Shown here: in pieces, positions 25,349-32,000 of the stretch
How positions within the stretch are numbered: the stretch's first letter is position 1
Layout: every line of letters begins with the position of its first letter
From: Candidatus Arthromitus sp. SFB-mouse-Japan
GTDB lineage: Bacteria; Bacillota; Clostridia; Clostridiales; Clostridiaceae
Direction: 5' to 3'
Assembly (NCBI RefSeq): GCF_000270205.1
Contig: NC_015913.1
Location: 360,001 to 392,000, forward strand
DNA: 32,000 nt
Position numbers and translations under genes: made by a program
The notes under the pieces: model-generated
Databases searched by the model: none
What the model was told of the DNA's origin: nothing
What the model saw: the letters and a program-made list of their open reading frames with translations, nothing else

Positions 25349-25855
25349 TTAATTATGATATTTAATTAGATAATCTGCGATATTGAATAAATTAGTTCTA
25401 GTATGTAAATTGGATATATCTATTAAATCTGGTTCATATGATCCATCCCATGGATAAATAGTAATATATTTATCGTTTAGTATATCTATAACAAAAATGC
25501 TTTTTTCATTTAGATATACTGTCAATCTATATTCTGGATTTTTTGTATCAAGGTTAGATGTTGAATAATCTAAAAAGTATTCAGGTTTTAATGAATTAAA
25601 AAATGAACTAATATTTTCTATATATTCTTTAGGAATCGTTTTGTTTTTACCAAGTTTAGAGTAAAAGATTGAAATTGTTAAATTACTATTAGCGGAGTTA
25701 TTAATAGTTTTGATTAGATTGTTAGTATATAGACTTAATGATGGTTTTTTTATTTTTAATGGAGATTTTAGGGTATTTATAAAATTAGAATTACAACTTA
25801 ATATGAAGAATGGAAATATTAAACATATTAATAGAATTTTAAGATATTTAATCAT
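25349..25855 (-). CDS. Putative lipoprotein of unknown function
   Basis: 168 aa. Signal peptide with lipobox FFILSC (Cys21). RBS AGAGG. Confidence 0.75.
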   Translation of the reverse strand: MIKYLKILLICLIFPFFILSCNSNFINTLKSPLKIKKPSLSLYTNNLIKTINNSANSNLTISIFYSKLGKNKTIPKEYIENISSFFNSLKPEYFLDYSTSNLDTKNPEYRLTVYLNEKSIFVIDILNDKYITIYPWDGSYEPDLIDISNLHTRTNLFNIADYLIKYHN

Positions 25856-25951
25856 AATGTTACCTCTAATGTTTTTAATTATGTTAACTCTTTCTTTTAT
25901 TCTAAAGGTATGTTTTTTTTTTAGGATTATGATAAAAATATATAAAAATTA

Positions 25952-25980
25952 TTGAAAAAGGATAATTATTGTGATAGAAT
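25952..25980 (+). promoter_or_regulatory. Sigma-A promoter with extended -10 driving the tRNA-Leu gene
   Basis: TTGAAA (25952-25957), a 17-nt spacer, then TGa-TAGAAT (25972-25980). The predicted TSS is about 13 nt before the mature tRNA 5' end. Confidence 0.6.
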
Positions 25981-25999
25981 CACTTATGTTATTTGATAT

Positions 26000-26082
26000 G
26001 CCGCTGTGGCGGAATTGGCAGACGCATACGACTCAAAATCGTACGGGAAACCATATGGGTTCGAGTCCCATCAGCGGTACCA
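26000..26082 (+). tRNA. tRNA-Leu (anticodon CAA), class II with long variable arm, CCA encoded
   Basis: Acceptor stem GCCGCTG / CAGCGGT (G1-U72). D arm GTGGCGGAATTGGCAGACGC. Anticodon stem TACGA/TCGTA with loop CTCAAAA. T arm ATGGG-TTCGAGT-CCCAT. Discriminator A followed by CCA. Confidence 0.9.
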
Positions 26083-26087
26083 TGGTT

Positions 26088-26126
26088 AAAAGAGAAGATT
26101 ACTTTGATAGAGTCTTCTCTTTTTTT
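26088..26126. terminator. Bidirectional terminator shared by tRNA-Leu and the convergent tetR gene
   Basis: 11-bp stem aaaagagaaga / tcttctctttt with a 14-nt loop that contains the tetR stop codon. The T-run extends to 26126 on the + strand. Confidence 0.75.
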
Positions 26127-26689
26127 GTGTAATTATCTATTTTTGTAAATATATTGTTTTTTAACATGTCCTCTAGTAAATTAGCCATCTCTAATGAACT
26201 CATTTCTGATTGATTTTTGATCCATCGACTTATGACTGAAATTATTGCAGACAAATAAAAATCCAGTATATATTCAGCTCTAATATTATTTTTAGGAAGA
26301 TTAAATGCATCCATGCATGAACTAAATAGTTCCTTTTTTAGTCGATCTGTAAAATGAGCACTATTTTGGTTACTGAGAAGAACTTTTATATATGATTCCC
26401 AATTTTCGTAAATATTTAAAAATGTATTTATAAATTGTTTGCTCGGATTTTCTTTTTTCATATCTATTATAATGTTTTTCTTAACATAGCGTATGCTTGA
26501 GTTTTCTATATAATCTAAAACATCGTAGATGTCGCTGAAGTAATTATAAAATGTAGTTCTGTTATATCCAGCGGTATCTGTTAATTCACGTATTGAAATT
26601 TTCTCTATTGGTTTCTTCATATAGAGTTTACAAAAAGAAACTATAAATGAATTTTTCGTTTCGTTAGTTGTGTCCTGTTGTTTTTTCAT
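26099..26689 (-). CDS. TetR/AcrR-family transcriptional regulator
   Basis: 196 aa with the N-terminal HTH ISIRELTDTAGYNRTTFYNYFSDIYDVL. Divergent from the oleate hydratase gene. Confidence 0.9.
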   Translation of the reverse strand: MKKQQDTTNETKNSFIVSFCKLYMKKPIEKISIRELTDTAGYNRTTFYNYFSDIYDVLDYIENSSIRYVKKNIIIDMKKENPSKQFINTFLNIYENWESYIKVLLSNQNSAHFTDRLKKELFSSCMDAFNLPKNNIRAEYILDFYLSAIISVISRWIKNQSEMSSLEMANLLEDMLKNNIFTKIDNYTKKEKTLSK

Positions 26690-26734
26690 ATTATATCCTC
26701 CCTAAGTTTTTAAACAAAATGTGTATGATTGTCC

Positions 26735-26759
26735 ATTGATAATGTTAAATTGATAATGT
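26735..26759. promoter_or_regulatory. Tandem 11-bp direct repeat in the tetR/ohyA intergenic region (candidate operator)
   Basis: ATTGATAATGT at 26735-26745 and again at 26749-26759 (14-bp period), followed by AT palindromes (aattatatataatt). Confidence 0.4.
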
Positions 26760-26806
26760 AATAATTATATATAATTAATTATGTAATTAACAGGAGGTTA
26801 AAAATA

Positions 26807-28582
26807 ATGTATTATTCAAGTGGAAATTATGAGGCATTTGCAAGACCTATTAAACCTGAGGGTGTTGATAATAAATCTGCGTATCTTATTGGATCAGGAC
26901 TTGCATCTTTAGTAGCTGCATTTTATCTTGTTCGTGATGCTCAAATGAAAGGAGAAAATATCCATATACTTGAAAAAGATTCAATCCCTGGAGGAGCGTG
27001 TGATGGGTTCGATTATAAAGGTATTGGATATGTAATGAGAGGAGGACGTGAAATAGATAATCATTATGAAATACTTTGGGATGTATTTAGATCCGTACCT
27101 TCTATTGAGATTGAAGGAGCATCAGTTTTAGATGAGTTCTATTGGCTTGATAAGAAAGATCCAAATTATTCTTTAAGACGTGCTACCGTAAATAGGGGCG
27201 AAGACGCAAAAATGGAGAATAAATTTGGATTATCAGATAAGGCATCATTACAAATAATGAGATTATTTTTTACTCCAGACGAAGACTTATACGATAAACC
27301 TATAACTGATTATTTTGATGATGAAGTTTTAAAATCTAATTTCTGGTTATATTGGAGAACTATGTTTGCATTCCAAAATTGGCACAGTGCATTAGAAATG
27401 AAATTATATATAAAGAGATTCATACATCATATAGGAGGAATGCCAGATTTTAAAGCTGTAAGATTTACTAGGCGCAATCAATATGAATCAATGATTCTCC
27501 CTCTTATTAAATATTTGGAGTCTCATAATGTTGATTTTCAATATAATACTAAGGTAGTTGATGTTGAATTTGATATTCAGCCGCACAAAAAGCAAGCAAC
27601 TTCGATAAAAATATTAAGAGATGGTAAGGAAGAAGAAATAAAATTAACTGAAAATGATTTATTATTTATAACAAATGGTGGATGTGTTGAAAATTCATCA
27701 ATTGGTTCTCAAAATACTCCAGCAGTACTTAATTCTGAGATTAAAGAAGGTGGTGGCTGGGATATGTGGAGAAGAATCTCAGTTAAGGATCCATCATTTG
27801 GTAATCCTGATAAGTTTTGTTATGATGCTGAAAAAAGTAACTGGATGAGTGCAACAGTTACAGTACTTGATGATAAAATTGTTCCGTATATAAAAAATAT
27901 TTGTCAACGTGATCCATTTTCAGGAAAAGTTGTAACGGGAGGAATTGTTACTGTCAAAGACTCTAAATGGTTGCTTAGTTGGACATTTAATCGTCAACCT
28001 CAGTTTAGAGAACAACCTAAGGGTCAATTAGTCGGGTGGATTTATGGACTATTTAGTGATGTAGCTGGGGATTATATAAAGAAACCTATGAGAGATTGCA
28101 CTGGTAAAGAAATTTGTATGGAGTGGTTATATCATTTAGGTGTTCCTGAAGATCAAATAGTGGATTTAGCTGAGAATCATGCTAATACTGTTCCTTGTAT
28201 GATGCCGTATATTACTGCATTTTTCATGCCAAGGTCTAAAGGAGATAGACCAAATGTTGTACCGACTGGATCTGTAAACTTTGCATTTATTGGACAATTT
28301 GCTGAAACTGAAAGAGACACAATTTTTACGATAGAGTATTCAGCAAGAACTGGTATAGAATCTGTATATACTTTATTAAATGTTGATCGTGGAGTTCCGG
28401 AAGTTTGGGGAAGTACCTTTGATATAAGAGATTTAGTAAATGCAACTTATTGTATGAGGGATGGTAAGAAGATTACGGATATGAAATTAGGATTTAAGGA
28501 GAATATCGCATTAAAGGAATTACTTAAGAAGATATCTGGGACTGATGTTGAGAAACTATTGAAAGAATATAAATTAATATAA
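26807..28582 (+). CDS. ohyA: Oleate hydratase (MCRA/myosin-cross-reactive antigen family, FAD-dependent)
   Basis: 591 aa starting MYYSSGNYEAFARP. FAD fold AYLIGSGLASLVAAFYLVRDA, then GGACDG, GGREID.HYE, NWHSALEMKLY and FIGQFAET. RBS AGGAGG. Confidence 0.93.
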   Translation: MYYSSGNYEAFARPIKPEGVDNKSAYLIGSGLASLVAAFYLVRDAQMKGENIHILEKDSIPGGACDGFDYKGIGYVMRGGREIDNHYEILWDVFRSVPSIEIEGASVLDEFYWLDKKDPNYSLRRATVNRGEDAKMENKFGLSDKASLQIMRLFFTPDEDLYDKPITDYFDDEVLKSNFWLYWRTMFAFQNWHSALEMKLYIKRFIHHIGGMPDFKAVRFTRRNQYESMILPLIKYLESHNVDFQYNTKVVDVEFDIQPHKKQATSIKILRDGKEEEIKLTENDLLFITNGGCVENSSIGSQNTPAVLNSEIKEGGGWDMWRRISVKDPSFGNPDKFCYDAEKSNWMSATVTVLDDKIVPYIKNICQRDPFSGKVVTGGIVTVKDSKWLLSWTFNRQPQFREQPKGQLVGWIYGLFSDVAGDYIKKPMRDCTGKEICMEWLYHLGVPEDQIVDLAENHANTVPCMMPYITAFFMPRSKGDRPNVVPTGSVNFAFIGQFAETERDTIFTIEYSARTGIESVYTLLNVDRGVPEVWGSTFDIRDLVNATYCMRDGKKITDMKLGFKENIALKELLKKISGTDVEKLLKEYKLI

Positions 28583-28594
28583 AATATATATTTT

Positions 28595-28621
28595 AGGTAG
28601 TACTTATGTGCTACCTTTTTT
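28595..28621 (+). terminator. Intrinsic terminator
   Basis: 9-bp stem aggtagtac / gtgctacct (one G-U), tetraloop ttat, then a T-run. Confidence 0.8.
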
Positions 28622-28718
28622 AATTAAAAAGCTAGAATATGTATAAAAAACTATTGATTTATGTATTAAAATAATTGAATATATAGTTAAGAATAATTAT
28701 AAAGATGGAGTATTTAAT

Positions 28719-29720
28719 ATGAAAAACATATTAGTTACAGGTGCTACTGGATTTATTGGTAGTCATACAAGTGTTGAACTTTTAGAAAATGGATATAATG
28801 TAATAGGTATAGATAATTTATATAATTCAGATAAAGATGTTTTGAGCAGTATAGAATATATAACAGGGAAGAGTGTTAAATTTTATGAAGGAGATATACT
28901 AGATTATAGTATTTTAAAGAAGATATTTTTAGAGAATAATATAGATTGTGTTATACATTTTGCAGCATTTAAAGCAGTAGGGGAATCTGTTGAAAAACCC
29001 CTTGATTATTATTATAATAATGTTTCAGGTACTTTAAATATTTTAAATTGTATGAGGGAATTTAATTGTAAGAAGTTTATTTATTCATCTTCTGCAACCG
29101 TATACGATAAAGATAATCCAATTCCATATTTAGAGCATTATAAAAAATCTGCAACAAGTCCTTATGGATATACAAAAGTTATGGTTGAGCAAATATTATC
29201 TGATATTTATGTTTCTAATAAGGATTTTAGCTGTGTCATGCTTAGATATTTTAATCCGATTGGTGCTCATAAAAGTGGTTTAATAGGAGAGAATCCTAAA
29301 GGTGTTCCGAATAATTTAATGCCATACATATGTGATGTTGCAATATCTAAGAGAGAGTTTTTAAATGTGTTTGGAAATGATTACAATACTGTAGATGGAA
29401 CAGGTGTTCGTGATTATGTTCATGTAGTTGATATAGCTAGAGGTCATTTGGAAGCTATGAAATATGTTTTAATATCAAAAGGTAATATAGGTATCAATCT
29501 AGGTACAGGAAAGGGAACTAGTGTTCTTGAACTCGTTGAGTGTTTTGAGAGGGTTAGTGGTAAGAAAATAAATATTAGGATTTGTGGTAGAAGGGATGGA
29601 GATATCGATGAATTCTACGCAGATACGACTAAAGCTAGAGAAATTTTAGGATGGGAGTCTAGGTTTGATATAGAGGATATGTGTTTAGATTCATGGAATT
29701 ATATCAAAGCTCACATTTAA
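28719..29720 (+). CDS. galE: UDP-glucose 4-epimerase
   Basis: 333 aa with ILVTGATGFIGSH, the SSSATVYD...SPYGYTK catalytic YxxxK, and LRYFNPIGAH. Confidence 0.93.
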   Translation: MKNILVTGATGFIGSHTSVELLENGYNVIGIDNLYNSDKDVLSSIEYITGKSVKFYEGDILDYSILKKIFLENNIDCVIHFAAFKAVGESVEKPLDYYYNNVSGTLNILNCMREFNCKKFIYSSSATVYDKDNPIPYLEHYKKSATSPYGYTKVMVEQILSDIYVSNKDFSCVMLRYFNPIGAHKSGLIGENPKGVPNNLMPYICDVAISKREFLNVFGNDYNTVDGTGVRDYVHVVDIARGHLEAMKYVLISKGNIGINLGTGKGTSVLELVECFERVSGKKINIRICGRRDGDIDEFYADTTKAREILGWESRFDIEDMCLDSWNYIKAHI

Positions 29721-29780
29721 CTTAGATACAATTTTATTATTATACAAGTATTTGAAATTATATCAATAAAGGAGGATAAA

Positions 29781-30839
29781 TTGGATAGTATAAATAAAAA
29801 GAGGGAATTTATCATTAAGTTCCTATATTTTTTAATAATACTAGGAATTATAGTCTTTATATTTAAGTATGCGTTACCTATATTATCTCCATTTATTTTT
29901 GCATTTTTAATTTCTGTGATTTTAAAGAGGCCAGTTGATTACATATCAACTAAATTTAAGATAAATAGAAAATTTGTTGGAGTTATTAGTTTATTATTTA
30001 TATATATAAGTATTTTTATAATACTTATATTTTTTGGCACTAAATTTTTTAGATATATTGGTAGTATTTTTCAAAAACTACCTGAGATATATACATTTAA
30101 TGTAGAACCTGTACTTAATGTTATTATATATAAAATACAAGATATAATACCGGAATTAAGTACTGTAATAGATTTAGAAAATATAAGTAAGTATATAATG
30201 AATATTATTAATTCTATATCTTTATCAGCTGTTGATTTAATTGCATCTATTGCAACTAAGATTCCATCTTTTTTAGTAAAATTTATTTTTGCTATAATTT
30301 CATCATTTTTGTTTACCTTGGATTATTACAGATTTACAGGGTTTGTAATGAGGCAATTTCCAGAACGTGTACAGCATATAATTTTAAATATAAAAAGAAA
30401 TATTTTTGGAACTATATTTAAATTAATGAAAGCGTATTTTATATTGATGACGTTAACATTTATCGAATTGAGTATAGGATTTACTATTTTTAGTATACCT
30501 AATGCTATATTGCTTGCGGTTATTATAGCTATTTTGGATATATTGCCAGCAATTGGAGTGGGTGGTATACTTATACCGTGGTCAATAATCGAATTAGTAA
30601 AAGGAAATTATAATTTATCCATAGGGTTAATTGTTATTTATGCTATTATCACAATAATCAGATATATATTAGAGCCTAAGATTGTCGGAAGTCAAATAGG
30701 ACTTAATCCTATTGTAATCATCATAAGTATATTTCTTGGTGCTCAAATATTTGGATTTTTAGGAATATTTATCCTTCCTATAATTGCAACAATTATAAAA
30801 TATTTAAATGATAGTGGAACAATTAAACTATTTAAGTAA
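29781..30839 (+). CDS. ytvI: AI-2E/PerM-family permease (YtvI-like sporulation integral membrane protein)
   Basis: 352 aa and polytopic. TTG start 7 nt after AAGGAGG. The C-terminal pattern DILPAIGVGGILIPW...EPKIVGSQIGLNPIV..ISIFLG...G..G is typical of the family. The YtvI subfamily call is tentative. Confidence 0.75.
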   Translation: MDSINKKREFIIKFLYFLIILGIIVFIFKYALPILSPFIFAFLISVILKRPVDYISTKFKINRKFVGVISLLFIYISIFIILIFFGTKFFRYIGSIFQKLPEIYTFNVEPVLNVIIYKIQDIIPELSTVIDLENISKYIMNIINSISLSAVDLIASIATKIPSFLVKFIFAIISSFLFTLDYYRFTGFVMRQFPERVQHIILNIKRNIFGTIFKLMKAYFILMTLTFIELSIGFTIFSIPNAILLAVIIAILDILPAIGVGGILIPWSIIELVKGNYNLSIGLIVIYAIITIIRYILEPKIVGSQIGLNPIVIIISIFLGAQIFGFLGIFILPIIATIIKYLNDSGTIKLFK

Positions 30840-30857
30840 TTAATAGAATTTTGATTT

Positions 30858-31130
30858 TTGGTAGGAGTGGTTATCTTGAATAATGAGGAATCAGTATTTT
30901 TTAAGATTTTTAATTTTAAAAAAACACGCACTAATATTGATGGATTAATTGGGAAAATAGGATTAGTTACTAAAGATATTGACAATATTCAATCACTTGG
31001 AGAGGTACAAATTAATCATGATTACTGGGGTGCTATAAATTATGATGAATGTGAGGTTATAAAAAAGGGTACAAAAGTTGAAATTTTGGATATAAGAGGA
31101 GTTAAACTCATAGTTAGAGAAGTTAAATAA
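30858..31130 (+). CDS. nfeD: NfeD-like OB-fold protein lacking the usual N-terminal membrane segment
   Basis: 84-90 aa. The TTG at 30876, 8 nt after AGGAG, is an equally plausible start. LIGKIGLVTKDI...GEVQINHDYWGA......IKKGTKVEILDIRGVKLIVREV matches the NfeD C-terminal domain. No TM helix is present. Confidence 0.75.
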   Translation: MVGVVILNNEESVFFKIFNFKKTRTNIDGLIGKIGLVTKDIDNIQSLGEVQINHDYWGAINYDECEVIKKGTKVEILDIRGVKLIVREVK

Positions 31131-31141
31131 GGAGAATAATT

Positions 31142-32000
31142 ATGCCGATAATAAGTTTATTAGCTGTGATTTTAATAGTTTTTATTGTTTTAGGAATAAT
31201 TTTTAGTTGTGTGATAGTGGTACCTCAAGCCTATATTTATGTAATTGAAAGGTTTGGGGCATACTATAAGACATTTGAGGTTGGCATACATTTTAGGATT
31301 CCATTTATAGATAGGGTAGCTAGGAAGATATCAATTAAAGAGCAGGTTATAGATTTTGATCCTCAACCAGTAATAACTAAGGATAATGTAACTATGATGA
31401 TTGATACTGTAGTATTTTATCAAGTTACAGATCCTAAACTATATGTTTATGGAGTTGAACATCCTATTTTAGCAATAGAAAATTTATCAGTAACTACGCT
31501 TAGAAATATAATAGGAGATCTTGAATTAGATGAAACGTTAACATCTAGAGATATTGTTAATGGTAAAATGAGATCTATTTTAGATCAGGCAACTGATTCT
31601 TGGGGTATAAAAATAAATAGAGTTGAACTTAAAAATATAATACCACCTCAAGAAATTCAAGATTCTATGGAAAAACAGATGAAGGCAGAACGTGAAAGAA
31701 GAGAACTTATACTTAGAGCAGAGGGAGAGAAGAAGTCTTCTATACTTAGAGCAGAAGGTGAGAAGGAGTCCGCTATTCTTAAGGCAGAAGGACAGAAACA
31801 GGCTGCAATAAAAGAAGCGGAAGGTAGAGCCGAATCAATATTGAAGATTCAAAAGTCTCTTGCAGATAGTATAAAATATATGAATGAAGCAAATCCAACA
31901 GAGAAGGTATTATCTCTTAAAGCATTGGAGGCTTTAGAAAAGGTTGCAGATGGGAAAGCTACGAAAATAATAATACCTTCAGAGATTCAGAATTTGGCTT
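31142..32000 (+). CDS. SPFH/band-7 (stomatin/prohibitin-like) membrane protein, 3'-truncated by the window edge
   Basis: ATG 7 nt after AAGGAG, with the frame open to the window end (my translation; not in the ORF track). N-terminal TM helix, then VPQAYIYVIERFG.Y, PFIDRV, ITKDNV, TLRNIIGDLELDETLTSRD and a C-terminal AEGEK/AEGQK repeat helix. Confidence 0.9.
   Translation, partial: MPIISLLAVILIVFIVLGIIFSCVIVVPQAYIYVIERFGAYYKTFEVGIHFRIPFIDRVARKISIKEQVIDFDPQPVITKDNVTMMIDTVVFYQVTDPKLYVYGVEHPILAIENLSVTTLRNIIGDLELDETLTSRDIVNGKMRSILDQATDSWGIKINRVELKNIIPPQEIQDSMEKQMKAERERRELILRAEGEKKSSILRAEGEKESAILKAEGQKQAAIKEAEGRAESILKIQKSLADSIKYMNEANPTEKVLSLKALEALEKVADGKATKIIIPSEIQNLA

Noticed and set aside
26000-28720. 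tRNA-Leu as an integration site, with tetR-ohyA as a genomic islet.
   Set aside because: There is no integrase or recombinase gene, and I could not find a direct repeat of the tRNA 3' end downstream (checked 28583-28718 by eye). The composition is not clearly different from the flanks.
1-32000. CRISPR arrays, IS elements or transposases, prophage genes, toxin-antitoxin pairs, and known defense systems.
   Set aside because: Scanning intergenic regions and all ORF translations revealed no spaced direct-repeat arrays, no DDE or serine/tyrosine recombinase motifs, and no recognisable defense-system proteins.

Overview
This is an AT-rich segment (roughly 27-29% GC by eye) of a low-GC Firmicutes chromosome. 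Its gene content looks Clostridium-like (Rex, YtvI-like sporulation permease, V-type ATPase, clostridial-type OGG), but I cannot assign a species without a search. Nearly all genes lie on the + strand and are tightly packed. Left to right: the 3' part of a V-type ATPase operon (subunits C-F-A-B-D), signal peptidase I, mannose-1-P guanylyltransferase, a small DUF4214-repeat protein and rpe. Next come two tandem membrane-anchored paralogs with a degenerate nuclease-like domain, rex, ogg, and a secreted coiled-coil protein. Three small conserved proteins follow (DUF1878-like, bacterial PH domain, DUF1292), then a 206-bp G/C-enriched gap that folds into a rod-like RNA (candidate sRNA). After that: a convergent ArsR/SdpI-like pair, an untracked DUF896 small ORF abutting hprK, a CorA homolog with GMS in place of GMN, and an M18 aminopeptidase. 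Then a 766-aa Fn3/Ig-repeat surface protein ending in two DUF4214 repeats, a Cof-type HAD hydrolase, and a mannose-PTS operon (IIAB-IIC-IID-DUF956) with a cre-like palindrome inside its promoter. The window ends with a lipoprotein, a solo tRNA-Leu(CAA), a divergent TetR/oleate hydratase pair, galE, and a ytvI-like/nfeD/SPFH cluster cut by the right edge. I saw no CRISPR array, transposase, integrase, rRNA or obvious prophage or defense island. I did not find a clear novel multi-gene system. The best leads are the orphan structured RNA candidate (13.6-13.8 kb), the translationally coupled membrane-anchored nuclease-fold paralog pair (8.26-9.30 kb), the DUF4214-tailed proteins, the toxin-less SdpR/SdpI-like module and the GMS CorA variant. 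All family assignments come from by-eye motif recognition, not searches.
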